Positions 21,201-33,417 of a stretch of 64,000 nt of DNA are shown piece by piece. Source of the stretch: Heteronotia binoei (taxonomy: Eukaryota); NCBI RefSeq assembly GCF_032191835.1, contig NC_083227.1, positions 21,266,001 to 21,330,000 on the forward strand. Reading direction: 5' to 3'. Under the pieces are notes generated by a model that worked only from the letters and a program-made list of their open reading frames with translations, did not search any database and was not told the DNA's origin. A program made the translations under genes and the position numbers. Within the stretch, counting starts at the first letter, position 1. The number at the start of each line of letters is the position of its first letter.

Positions 21201-21806
21201 GTTCTAATCATACTGCTCGTTAATTTCATTGTGAGAAAGGGAGAAAAGTGTTGGAATTCTGAGAATTCTCCACCTTCTCTATTCCATGCATACATTTGTA
21301 AACCTAATTTTTGTTAGAAAGAGAAAGAGAGATGGTATCACTTGATGGGACATCACCACATCAAGTGATGCTCTAGGAGTTCCCCCAATCTCAATATTAT
21401 TTAGCATAGAGATTGGGGGGAAATTCCTAGAGTGTGATGGTAACATTGCCTCCAGGTCTTCACCCAGAAGAGGTGCTGTCGTATCAAGCAATGATCCCTT
21501 TCCCTATTCCCCTCTCCCCCCTCAAAATTCCTGGCATAAACCTGGCAGATAGGCAGGATATAAAGTTTGTAAAACAAAATAAAATAAACATCGCACGTGC
21601 ACTGAGTATGTACTATGGAGCACACAATTTAAATTATACATTTATCTAGGAAATATTGGCTGTTTCTTCCATAAGTGCAGGATGTATGCCTGTTCCCTGT
21701 AATGTGTGTATGGGGCTCCTTAGGACCTATGAAGCAAAGTAAACGCAGCTGGGGTTTTCCAGCTTCCGGGCCTCTGTAGCATCAGCCTTTCCACATGGGT
21801 TATGGT

Positions 21807-22479
21807 CAGGGGTCTTTTTGTAGAAAAACAGGTGGTGGAGCTCATTAGCATAACATGAAGCTGCCTTATACTGAATCAGGCCCTCGGTCCATCAAAGTCA
21901 ATATTGTCTACTCGGACTGGCAGTGGCTCTCCAGGGTCTCAAGCTGAGGTTTTTCATGCCTATTTGCCTGGACCCCTTTTAGTTGGAGATGCCGGGGATT
22001 GAACCTGGGACCTTCTGCTTACCAAATAGATGCTCTACCACTGAGCCACCATCCCTCCCATTAACTCATTAGCATATGCCGCCCCCCCCCCCCAAGCCAA
22101 AAGCAACCTGAAGCAAGAAAGGAGAGTCCTGGGTGAGCGAGGCCTGCTTCAGCTGGCTACAGATCCAGCCAGCCCAAGCAGGTCTCACTCACCTGGGGCT
22201 CTCCTGGGTCACACACCCCCAGTCAAGAGACCAGCAGGCCACCCACACCCAGAATCACATAAGAAGTCGAGAAAGGGTGGCATGGGCTTCTCCAAGGGTT
22301 AATGAGGGCTGCTGGGGCGTGGCAAAGCTCCTGGTGGCTGCCCACTCTCCTAATCCAGGGATTGTTATGCAGCTGCACCTACTATTCAAAGGACAAGGTA
22401 GGTGGGGAGGAGGAAGGGGGAACCCTCAGAAAGGTTCAGGAGCTGTGCTCCTGTGAGCTCCTGCTGAATTCAAGGCCTG
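21807..22479. mobile_element. hAT non-autonomous element containing a family 1 SINE (-, 21854-22059)
   Basis: 8-bp TSD GTTATGGT at 21799-21806 and 22480-22487; SINE flanked by duplicated CTCATTAGCATA; related copy at ~46447-46890. Confidence 0.85.
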
Positions 22480-22962
22480 GTTATGGTCCAGGTTTAGTGT
22501 TATTTTTCCCACTTTCTCACAGTACTGTGGTGCATTCTTGTGCCTCCTGGGGTTTCTCCGCCTTTCTTCCTTCTTTCTCAAACCCGCTTTGCTGCAGAGT
22601 TTGGAAAAAATTGCTGCAAAGCTTGAATGGCTGTTGTGTGGGTGGAAAAATTCAGTTTTCAATTGTTCTGTCTGAAAAGCAGCTATTTTCCCTACCTTGC
22701 AGAAGCCATTTCCTTCCCTTGCCAAGAAAGCCTTTTAGGTGTTTTATGGCAAGTGACTGCCATTGTATCATACAGAGATATAACTACCTGTATCATATTC
22801 TCTAAGTTCCAGCTTTTGTTTTTCAAAAAGTAATTGTCAAGACCTTTTCATTGCAAAGATTTCAGGGGAAAGACATATCTTTGCAGTAAAAATGGTAAGA
22901 GACTTTTTAAAAAATGAAAGCTGGGAATCTGGCACACAGATTGTTATATTTATTATTATAAT

Positions 22963-23144
22963 CAGGGGTGGAATTCTAGCAGGAGCTCCTTTGCATATTA
23001 GGTCACACGCCCCTGATGTAGCCAACCCTCCTGGAGCTTACAGTAGGCCCTGTACTAAAAGCCCTATAAGCTCTTGCAGGATTGGCTACATCAGGAAGGT
23101 GTGGCCCAATATGCAAAGGAGCTCCTGCTAGAATTCCACCCCTG
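22963..23144. mobile_element. Palindromic hAT MITE (hairpin family)
   Basis: TSD ATTATAAT at 22955-22962 and 23145-23152. Confidence 0.9.
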
Positions 23145-23348
23145 ATTATAATGATATTCTTTTGCTGCTTTTTATTTAAAAATTAAAGACCTGCTGAGGC
23201 AGAGGTTATGTATGTGTGTAATGGCAGAGACAGGGGCACAGAAAATGTAGGAGAACCTGCCATGTGGAAGCTCTGTTGGAAACTGTAGCAGCAATGGGAA
23301 AAGCATGAAAGACAGTCCTTGTGTTGAAAATGCTGTCATGAGTCAAAG

Positions 23349-23518
23349 CAGGGGTGGAATTCTAGCAGCAGCTCCTTTGCATATTCGGCCACGCCCCCTG
23401 ATGTAGCCAATCCTCCAAGAGCTTACAAGAGTCTTTTTTGTAAGCTCTTGGAGGATTGGCTACATCAGGGGTGTGTGGCCTAATATGCAAAGAAGTTCCT
23501 GCTAGAATTCCACCCCTG
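23349..23518. mobile_element. Palindromic hAT MITE (hairpin family)
   Basis: CAGGGGTGGAATTCTAGC...GCTAGAATTCCACCCCTG; TSD degenerate. Confidence 0.85.
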
Positions 23519-24002
23519 ATCAACAGATTAGTCCCATCTGTTCTCATACCTATTTACACAAGGCAGGGATTCCCAATATGCTGCCCTTGGGCGCCATAAC
23601 ACTTAACAAGTGTCTTTTTAAAAAAAGTGGGTGGGGCTAGGTGCGACTTTTGTCCAGCAAGACTTCTGATTGGCTATTTGGGTCAGTAATATTGTCCATA
23701 AATTGCAGACTTTGGGGTAAGCAGGCCAAGAAAGAAAGACATCCTTCACCCCTAGTGGGCTCTTGGGAGATGGAATATCTGGATGAGCATCATCTCTTAA
23801 ATAGTACACCATAAGAGGAGGGAGATACAGGAAAAGGCCTTTCACAAGGTATGCAAGCTAGACCTTTCAACTCAGCCTATAAGGCAGTTCTGTTCTTAAA
23901 CAAGCAGTGGTTTGCTTAAATTCAGAGTCTGCAGTCAACCATATTTGTAAAACCATACATTTTCCCATGCCTGTGAACATTAGCCGCAAAAAGGTGCTGG
24001 AA

Positions 24003-24874
24003 TCAGCATGGCTTCTTAGCCACGTGGAGTTTCTGATGTCGAAGAAGGCCACTGCGACGGGTGAAACATTTCTGGCACTCTGCACATTCATACGGCTTCA
24101 CTCCTGTGTGGGTTCTCTCATGCTGAATGAGGTACGACCTCCGGCTGAAGCTTTGTCCACACTCTGAACACTCGTAGGGTTTCTCCCCCGTGTGGATTCT
24201 TTCGTGTTCTGTAAGGACCGAGCTGTAACTGAAGCTTTTCCCACACTCTGAGCATGTGTAAGGTTTTTCTCCAGTATGCATTCTCTGATGGATGAGGAGA
24301 TGGGATTGCCTGCTAAAAGTTCTCCCGCACTCGGAACACGTGTGCTGATTCACTTTGGCGTGGATTTCCTGTGGTCTAGAAACTTCACAGGGCTGAGTAA
24401 ACCTTTCCCCAAAGTCTGACCATATAGAAGGTCTCCCTGTGGCATGTGTTCTTCCACGCATATTAAGATGCACTTTCAGCTTAAAGCTCTTGCCCCACTC
24501 GGGGGGTTTGTATGTTTTTTCTCCTGTGTCTATTTGCTGAAACTCTAGAAGGTTCAAACTCTGGCGGAGACTTTTCCCGCTATCAGCACCTGCCTTTTTC
24601 CTCTTACGTCTGCCCACTCCCTCTTCAAAGGTCCTTTTGGGAAAACGTTTCCCAGCTCCCTCACAAAGAAAAGTTTGTTCTGTTGTCTTCCTCAGATGGT
24701 TTTCCTGGTAATTTTCAGGTCCAGCCAAACTTTTGCGCATCTGCTCCCACTCAGGAACTTGGGAAAATTCCCCTTCTTTACCTTCCCGTGATGCTCCAGG
24801 GGCGCCCACTTCTTTTGGTCCTTCCAGCTGAAGATCCACCTCTTCCTCCTTTACAATGACATGCCAGTCATCTG
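24003..24874 (-). CDS. Gene B zinc-finger exon (4 intact fingers preceded by ~3 degenerate ones)
   Basis: TTTGTTTCTTCCAG acceptor; [23 protein letters not shown] ... [23 protein letters not shown]. Confidence 0.9.
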
Positions 24875-27800
24875 CTGGAAGAAACAAAATCTTTAGGAAT
24901 CCAGTCATGATTGGAGCAAAGGAAATAGGAAGCTGCCAAACACACCCACAACAAACTAAGAGCTGGTTAAGCAAACTAGGACCACGTTAAGAAAAGAAAC
25001 AGTCCATGGCAGGGCTGCCTGAAATAAAGTGAGTTCAGCCAGCTCTGAATCAACCAAGAACACTTTACTGCAAGAAGAAACAGTCACAAACAGCGCAGGC
25101 ACTTGTTTGTGTATCCTTCGGCAACTCATTATATACATTCTGGCCATGGTTAACCATGCCCCCCTAGCAGGCAACAGTTACTCCTACTGGCTTACCCCAG
25201 AATCTTTCATTTACATCTCTTTGTAACAAATTGTTACATGCCTAGCATCCTAATTGGCCATTTCTTCCAGGCTTCAGGATCCTGGTTTGCAAGGAGTGCC
25301 TGTCTCAAGTTCAGGCAATAATAACCCAGTGAGATGCAATATGATTATATTATATTAATGATTAATGTTGCAAGTACCTGAATGCTTTGTGGCAGCCTTA
25401 CCAGGAAAAGTGGTCTCTCCACTGTCCCCCTGCCTGGGTTCCATAGGAAGCTGACTTTTTATGGTCTCTGATGGATCTCTTCCAGTTATCCTTGTGGCCT
25501 GAAACACACGGTCAGGGTACAATTTAGGCATGAAGATAGGTCAAGATGGCTAGTCATTTTAGTCTGTCTGTAGCAGTAGAAAAGAGCAAGAGTTCGGTGG
25601 CACCTTCAAAACTAAAACAATTTGTAGCAGGGTAGGAGCTTTCCTGAGTCACTGCTCGCTTTTTCATAATACAGCTAGAATGTGAGTCCATCTGTTCTTA
25701 TACATTGGAGAGATTTCTGATGCCAAATGACAATAGCAGGTATGATTGGATTAGGTGTGATATGCAGAGGGGTAGTTGGCGTGGAGAAAAATCAGCAGTG
25801 GTAATGAGACAGGAAATCTGGGTCTTTATTCAGTCCAGAAGGAAACATCGTCTTGAGCTTCACTATCAGTTGCAAATCAGCAGTCTCTCTTTCTAATCCC
25901 CCTTTGAAATTCCTTTGTAAGAGAACTGCTACTTTTAGGTTAGCAACTGAATGTCCTGGAAAGTTAAAATGTTCCCTCACTGGCCTTTGAATGACATTAG
26001 CAACCACAGCATCACTCTACTCTCCAATTATAAGGACAGATGGAATCCCATTCTAGCTGTAGCCGAAGAAATAAGCAGAGACTCACAAAAACTCCAAGCC
26101 ACACACAAGTTTTGTTAGTGCTTAAGGTGCTACTGCTCTCTTCTAGGCAGGAGCTGGGAGATAAATCCAGCTATTGCTTTGCTTCTGACAGATTTGGCAC
26201 CAGGAGCAAAAAAACAAAAGCCACATACACACAAGTAAACCTTTCCTTTCTCCTTCTGCATCTTATTTATTTACTTCATCTGCCGTCTGTCTTTCTCGCT
26301 GAGACTTACAGAGTGCAAATCAGTGCAAGGAGTAGAAGGACAAATTTAAGAAGCCACACGATAAGACGAGAGTTCGGAAAGCTGAAGCAGAGCCTGACGT
26401 ATTAGACAACAGGATACGTTAAAAAATGTGATCACAGGCTTAGCAGTGCAGTGATGCCATACTAAATTATTCAGAACTGATTGTGAGCTAATTTGACAAC
26501 TCTAGGTTGGGAAACTTCTAGAGATGTTGGGAGTGGACTCTGGAAAACAGAGTCTGAAGAGGGACATCGTTGGCGTATAATGCCATACATCCCACCCACC
26601 GAAGCAATCATTTCAGGGGCACTGAACTCTACTGTCTAGCAGTCCTCCAGGCCCTGCTTGGAGGCTGGCAACCCTTTTTGCTGCCAAGTCATAGCTGACT
26701 TAAGACACCCCATGGGGTTTCCAAGGCAGGAGATGTTCAGAGGTGGTTTGCCAAAGAGTTCTCCTCCAAATTGCTGGAGCATCCCTGCATGAAACCATGG
26801 AGTTTTCTGTGATTTCCTAGAGCGTCTCCCACACTATGCGTCTGCGTAACACGTTGCTTCCGGATGATGCCATTGCGCCACATGCACTGCACGCACAGGG
26901 GGGAAAAAAGTCCCCCACCGGCAGCCAGTGGTAACTTGACAATCCTACAAAGCTAAAGGCCCATCCAGACCCAGAGTAGTCCTCACATGATGCCAACTCA
27001 CACCACTGGCTCACTTAGCCCTCTAGAGCCGGCATTGTATCTGAGACCCTGCAGATCTACTGCCAGTCTGAGCAGACAATGTCAACTTTGGTGGACCAAT
27101 TATCTGGTTCAGTATAAGGCAGCTTCCAGGGGTTTTTTTTGGCAGCAACTGCTCAGGAACTTAGGCACAGAAAGGTCTTTCCCAGCACCAGAGATCCTGC
27201 AGAGGCCAAGGATTCATTCCTGGGTAACACCTGCTTTGAGTACAAACCTAGCCCTACACCGTAGTCCTGTCCTGTTGCCTACAACCCCCAAAATAGGAAT
27301 CTGTTCCAGATTTCTTCCCCGAAAAGTTCTGTTTCTGAGGGAATACAGAAGCATCCGTTCCACATTCCGAGCCAGTCGCAACAGCCCCCCACCCCTTACC
27401 GGCTCTTTGCAGCTCTCGGACTCCTTCAGCATCAACAGGAAATCTTCGGCTAGGGTCACTGCCTGGCTGCATGTCTCCGGTCTGCGTTCCCTGACCCAGC
27501 TCTGCATTTCCTCTGGCAGGATGGTCAGAAACTGCTCCAGGATCAGCAGCTTCAAGATTTCCTCTTTGGTGTGTCTCTCGGGCTTCAGCCATCGACGACA
27601 CAGCTCCCAGAGTTGGCTGAAGACCTCTCGAGGTCCCTCGGCCTCCCAGTAGCAGAAATACCTGAAGCGCCGGCGCCAGATCTCCGATCCAACAGGGTCA
27701 TCATCTGTCGTCTCCATCAGCACTACGTTTCCAGATAGATCCTGGCTTCTGTCAGCCTGGCGGGATGGCAGTGGAATCCCCCACTCCTCACAAGGCCATC

Positions 27801-30800
27801 GTTCAGCACTTCCTGACCCTTCGAAGGAGAACTTCAGCACCTTGGCATTCTCCTCAGACTGGGACTGACTTGGTGGCTTTGGGTTTTCCCATCCTTGTTG
27901 AGGAGACTGCGTATCCTTCGGCAGCTCCCGTTCTTGGGCTTCCCAACAGTGATGTGACTCTTCCTGAGGTTCTTGCTTAATCTCACGTGTGACTGCTTTG
28001 GCCAGAAGTGTTCTGCTTGCCTCAACCTGGATAATGTGAAGGTTTCTCTCCGGTCTCTCCTCTGATTCGTCTTCTGCTGGATCTTGTTTTTCTACCTTGA
28101 TTCCTGGTGTGGTTTCTTGCTCTATCAATGAAATAAAGCAAAACAAAAATACAGTGCTGATAAGCCTCACCATGTGGAGAAATAAACCCCGCTCACAATT
28201 TTTGAAAGCTTCTAAAAGTGACCAGCATAACCCACAGGTGACAGCCAGCATGGTGTACTGCTTGAGATGAGAACTGTAGAAATAGAATAGTAGAATCACA
28301 GAGTTGAAAGGAAAGGCACAAACAGGCATAAGAAAAGGCCTGCATGGTTAACAAACAAAGTAATGGAAGCTGTAAAAGGTAAGAAGGACTCCTTTAAGCG
28401 GTGGAAAACCAGTCCAAGTGAGATTAGTAAAAGGGAACACAGGCTGTGGCAAATCAAATGCAAGACTGTGATCAGGCAGGCAAAAAGGGACTATGAGGAG
28501 CATATTGCAAAAAACATAAAGACCAACAATAAAACTTTCTTCAAATATATTAGAAGTAGGAAACCAGCCAGGGAGGCAGTGGGGCCCTTGGATGACCATG
28601 GGGTAAAAGGATTATTGAAGGAGGATAGGGAAATGGCTGAGAAGCTGAATGCATTTTTTGCCTCCTTCACTGTGGAAGATGAGAACTTTTTGCCCGCCCC
28701 AGAACCACTAATTTTGGAAGGGGTGTTGAAAGACCTGAGTCAGATTGAGGTGACAAAAGAGGAGGTCCTACAACTGATAGACAAATTAAAAACTAATAAG
28801 TCACCGGGTCCGGATGGCATACATCCAAGAGTTCTGAAAGAACTCAAAATTGAACTTGTGGATCTTCTAACAAAAATCTGTAATCTTTCATTGAAATCTG
28901 CCTCCGTTCCTGAGGACTGGAAGGTAGCAAATGTCACCCCAATCTTTAAAAAGGGTTCCAGAGGAGATCCGGGAAATTACAGGCCTGTCAGTCTGACTTC
29001 AATACCGGAAAAGTTGGTAGAAACTATTATCAAGGACAGAATGAGTAGGCACATTGATGAACACGGGTTATTGTGGAAGACTCAGCATGGGTTCTGCAAG
29101 GGAAGATCTTGCCTCACTAACCTGTTACATTTCTTTGAGGGGGTGAACAAACATGTGGACAAAGGAGACCCGATAGATGTTGTTTACCTTGACTTCCAGA
29201 AAGCTTTTGATAAAGTTCCTCATCAAAGACTCCTTAGAAACCTTGAGAGTCATGGAGTAAAAGGACAGGTCCTCTTGTGGATCAAAAACTGGCTGAGTAA
29301 TAGGAAGCAGAGAGTGAGTATAAATGAGCAGTCTTCGCAGTGGAGAACGGTAAGCAGTGGGGTGCCGCAGGGCTCGGTACTGGGTCCCATGCTCTTTAAC
29401 TTGTTCATAAATGATTTAGAGTTGGAAGTGAGCAGTGAAGTGGCCAAGTTTGCTGATGACACTAGATTGTTCAGGGTGGTGAGAACCAGAGAGGATTGTG
29501 AGGCACTCCAAAGGGATCTGTTGAGGCTGGGTGAGTGGGCGTCAATGTGGCAGATGCGGTTCAATGTGGCCAAGTGCAAAGTAATGCACATTGGGGCCAA
29601 GAATCCCAGCTACAAATACAAGTTGATGGGGTGCGAACTGGCAGAGACTGACCAAGAGAGAGATCTTGGGGTCGTGGTAGATAACTCACTGAAAATATCA
29701 AGACAGTGTGCGTTTGCAATAAAAAAGGCCAACGCCATGCTGGGAATTATTAGGAAGGGAATTGAAAACAAATCAGCCAGTATCATAATGCCCCTGTATA
29801 AATCGATGGTGCGGTCTCATTTGGAGTACTGTGTGCAGTTCTGGTCACCGCACCTCAAAAAGGATATTATAGCATTGGAGAAAGTCCAGAAAAGGGCAAC
29901 TAGAATGATTAAAGGGCTGGAACACTTTCCCTATGAAGAAAGGTTGAAACGCTTGGGACTCTTTAGCTTGGAGAAACGTCGACTGCGGGGTGGCATGATA
30001 GAGGTTTACAAGATTATGCATGGGATGGAGAAAGTAGAGAAAGAAGTACTTTTCTCCCTTTCTCACAATACAAGAACTCGTGGGCATTCGATGAAATTGC
30101 TAAGCAGTCAGGTTAAAACGGATAAAAGGAAGTACTTCTTCACCCAAAGGGTGATTGGCATGTGGAATTCACTGCCACAGGAGGTGGTGGCAGCCACAAG
30201 CATAGACAGCTTCAAGAGAGGGTTAGATAAAAATATGGAGCAGAGGTCCATCAGTGGCTATTAGCCACAGTGTGTGTGTATATATAAACATTTTTGCAGA
30301 AGGAAGCAAGAGAGAGGGAGAATGAAGCAGACGACAGCCAGTTGCTCAGGGGCCTGATTCAGCCCCCAGGCCACATGTTCGACACCCCTGATCTAGTCCA
30401 ACTTCCTGCTCAATGCAGGATTAGTTTAGAGCAGGGGTGTCAGACATGCAGCTTGAGGGCCAAATCAGGCCCACAGAGGGCTCCTATCAGGCCCATGAGC
30501 AACTCACTGTCATCTGCTTCCTTCTCCCTCTCTCTTGCTTTCTTCTGCATCACAGCTTGCTTTGCCAGGCTGGCTTTATTGCACACAAGTGACAGAGCAA
30601 AGCCTCTATTTTCTCCATTGGCTTATCAACACATGAAGCAACTTATGTACAAAAATTGCTATGCCCAGTCATTTCATGTTTTCCCCTGGGCCTTAGACTC
30701 AAAGCATTGACCATGAGATTTCTGTAATGAATGTCAATTAATCAAAAGTAGGTTTGCAACTTACAGACACACACCTGAACAATACCTGAACAGCATACTC

Positions 30801-31701
30801 AAGATTGCTACAGCACAGACATTGTCTCCAGAGTTTGATGCAATAATTCAGAGCAAGAGTGTCAGTTATCAGAAACTATTAAATAAATAAAATATTGCAA
30901 GAGTGCTAATATTTTAAGCATATTTTAATTTTTTTAAAAAAAATCTTTAATCTTGTTTGTGTCCTTTATAAAGTTTATATCTCCGCTAGCTGGCACTAGC
31001 GGACTAGATGGACTGCTGGTCTGATCCAGCAGGGCTCTTCTTATGTTCTCTCAAGTGGTCACTGGAAGGAACAGGGATTTCAGAAGGGCCACGCTGCTTT
31101 CTAGTCATGGCCAGCAGCTTTTACCAAGGAAGATCCTCAGTCCCTCTAGCTCAGTTTTATTCTCTCTGATCGGCAGTAGCTCTCCAGGGTCTTACAGTCT
31201 GAGAATAGCTATAGCAGGAGATGTGAGAGACTGATCCTTTGGCAGGTGACGCCCCAAGCCCCTCCTCGCCCATTCCAGTCCAGTGGGTTGATCCAATTCA
31301 AATAATCAGTGCGGTTCACACTGGTAGCAGACCAGGTTTTTCTTATTTTTGAACAACCAGTGGCAGAATCCAAAGGTGCCAACTTGGGCGGGGAAGGGGT
31401 ACTGCCCTCTCAGCAGGTGGCAATTTTTCACAAGCTGATGTCAAAGGCACAGGGGTGAAAGGTTGGCTCATCAGAGGCTCATCTGTGTATAATACTTTGC
31501 CTCTGGGTTATGGTTTTTTTCATGGACTGTCATTTCATGGCTGCCCCCCAGGTAGCTGCCACTCTGAAGGTGCCAGATATATATCTTTCCAATGGATACA
31601 AACCCTCCCAGCAGTGACATCCCATAAATCTCTTTTCTCCCCTGCAGATTTTCTGCTTCCAGCCAGGCCTTGAACTCACCTTCTCCTTGGGGCTTTTCCA
31701 T
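24003..31701 (-). CDS. Gene B: SCAN + KRAB-A-derived + C2H2 zinc-finger protein (~570 aa); coding exons 31701-31680, 28121-27400, 25498-25402, 24874-24003
   Basis: 22+722+97+872=1713 nt in a continuous frame with GT-AG introns; [68 protein letters not shown]; 4 intact C2H2 fingers. Confidence 0.82.
25402..25498 (-). CDS. Gene B short phase 0-1 exon (KRAB-A-derived remnant, 97 nt)
   Basis: GTGTGTTTCAG|...|GTAAGG; [33 protein letters not shown]. Confidence 0.7.
25565..26150 (-). mobile_element. Penelope-like (Poseidon-type) element 3' fragment with inverted terminal repeat
   Basis: [65 protein letters not shown] is a GIY-YIG C-terminus; degenerate hammerhead/tail repeats in opposite orientation at both ends. 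Confidence 0.8.
27400..28121 (-). CDS. Gene B SCAN-domain exon
   Basis: TTTCATTGATAG acceptor, CCG|GTAAGG donor; SCAN domain. Confidence 0.9.
28325..30270 (+). mobile_element. CR1 LINE, 5'-truncated, with an uninterrupted 633-aa ORF2 fragment (reverse transcriptase), antisense in gene B intron
   Basis: ORF 28363-30264 has [41 protein letters not shown] and the CR1 C-terminus [11 protein letters not shown]. Confidence 0.95.
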
Positions 31702-31755
31702 CGCACTCCTGGGAATAGGCTCCAGATCTTCCCAAAGAGGGGAAAATCCAGTTTT
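31680..31755 (-). CDS. Gene B start-codon exon (MEKPQGE, coding 31701-31680)
   Basis: CTGCCTTTTAG|...GGAGAAG|GTGAGT; phase 1 joins AG-CAA-GAA of the SCAN exon, which has no early ATG. Confidence 0.6.
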
Positions 31756-32113
31756 CTAAAAGGCAGGCTGAGAGGAGGAGGGACACAAAGCCAGAGCATT
31801 GACACTGGTCCTTCTCAATTTCATAGGCCTCTCTGGGCACAAAGCTCTATTTGTTTAACCCTTTCATCACCACCACCATTGTCTTTGTATTTTTAAAAAG
31901 CCACTCAGAAGTTGAGTCTGAGAGGGATGAAGGAAAAGCAACCAGAGATGCATTGGGAAATAGCCAGCTTTTTCTTCTCAGGAGAAGTTACAGAGTGGGG
32001 AAGTTTTTCTTCTCAGCTGGCTCACTGATCCTCATCAGCAAGGGAAATCAGTGTTTCTAGGCCTCATGGCTGTGGGAGATGGTTGGTTGGGGTTTTGTCA
32101 CCCTACATTAGCA

Positions 32114-32307
32114 CAGGGTTTTATTTTTTATTTTTTTGTAGCAGGAACTCCTTTGCATATTAGGCCACACACCCCTGATGTAGCCAATCCTCCTGGAGCT
32201 TACAGTAGGCCCTGTACTAAGAGCCCTGTAAGCTCTTGGAGGATTGGCTACATCAGGGGTGTGTGGCCTAATATGCAAAGGAGTTCCTACTACAAAAAAA
32301 AGCCCTG
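32114..32307. mobile_element. Palindromic MITE (hairpin family, CAGGGCTTTTTTTGTAGC-end variant)
   Basis: Same internal fold-back as 15901/22963 with different outer termini. Confidence 0.8.
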
Positions 32308-32743
32308 AATTTCTATTTTTCTCTTTCTCTTAGGATTGCCAACTCCAGGTTGGGAGATACCTGCATGGGGAGAGGGGGAGAGCCTGAGGAGGGTGGGGTT
32401 TGGGGAGGAGAGACTTCAATGGAATATAATTTTTGGGATATTTGGTTAATATAGCAGAGTTTTGCCCAGTCATAGAAGCATGATATTGAAGGCAGTAAAT
32501 AAATCTCCCAATAAGTATATTGCAAAAAAAAAAATAAACTTGCATCTGTTCAAGTAGATCTAGTTCATATTCAGGTTGCAGTCGAAACGAGAGAAAGAAG
32601 CCCGATCTAAAGAGTACTCATTTGTCCGGCATCATGCGTATATGAGTATGAGGGCATCGTTTTGACAGGAGAGACCTGCAGAGACGTGTCTCCATGAACA
32701 AAGTTTGAGTCCAGTGGCGCCTTTAAGACCAAGATAGTTTAAT

Positions 32744-33417
32744 ACTAAAAAACTAAGATCATGGCATCTGGCCCCATCACACCTTGGCAAATAGAAGAGG
32801 AAGACATGGAAGTAGTGACAGACTTCACATTTCTGAGATCCAAGATCACTGCAGATGGTGACTGTAGCCATGAAATTAAAAGAAGTTTGTTCCTTGGGAG
32901 GACAGCTATGGCGGTCCTGGGCAGTATAATAAAAAGAAGAGACATCACCCTGCCAACAAAAGTCCGTATAGTCAAAGCGATGGTATTCCCAATAGTAATG
33001 TACGGCTGTGAGAGCTGGACCATAAGGAAGGCCGAGAGCAGAAGAATAGATGCTTTTGAGATGTGGTGCTGGAGAAGACTCTTGAGAGTCCTTTGGACTA
33101 CAAGAAGATCAAATCAGTCAGTCCTAAAGGAAATTAACCCAGACTGTTCCCTGGAAGGTCAGATGCTGAAGCTGAAGCTCAAATACTTTGGCCACCAAGT
33201 GAGAAGGGAGCACTCCCTGGAGAAGACCCTGATGCTGGGAAAGATAGAAGGCAAAAGAAGGGAATGGCAAAAGATGAGATGGCTGGACAGCGTTGCTGTG
33301 ACAAACACAAAATTGAGCAGACTTCAGGGGATGGTGGAGAACAGGTGGGCCTGGCGTGACTTTGTCCATGGGGTCTCAAAGAGTTGGACTCGACTGTGCG
33401 ACTGAACAACAACAACG
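32744..33417 (+). mobile_element. Bov-B (RTE) LINE 3' fragment
   Basis: MASGPITPWQIEEEDMEVVTDF...MVFPIVMYGCESWTIRKAE...GVSKSWTRL*, (ACA)n tail, 7-bp TSD GTTTAAT; inserted in a Penelope tail. Confidence 0.95.

Noticed and set aside
25196-25290. Second decayed KRAB-A exon in gene B ([24 protein letters not shown]|GTAAG)
   Set aside because: Two stops, no good acceptor, and similarity too weak to call without an HMM
27214-28329. 371-aa ORF with a hydrophobic N-terminus
   Set aside because: The extension is intronic polypyrimidine tract and CR1 remnant; the true exon is 28121-27400
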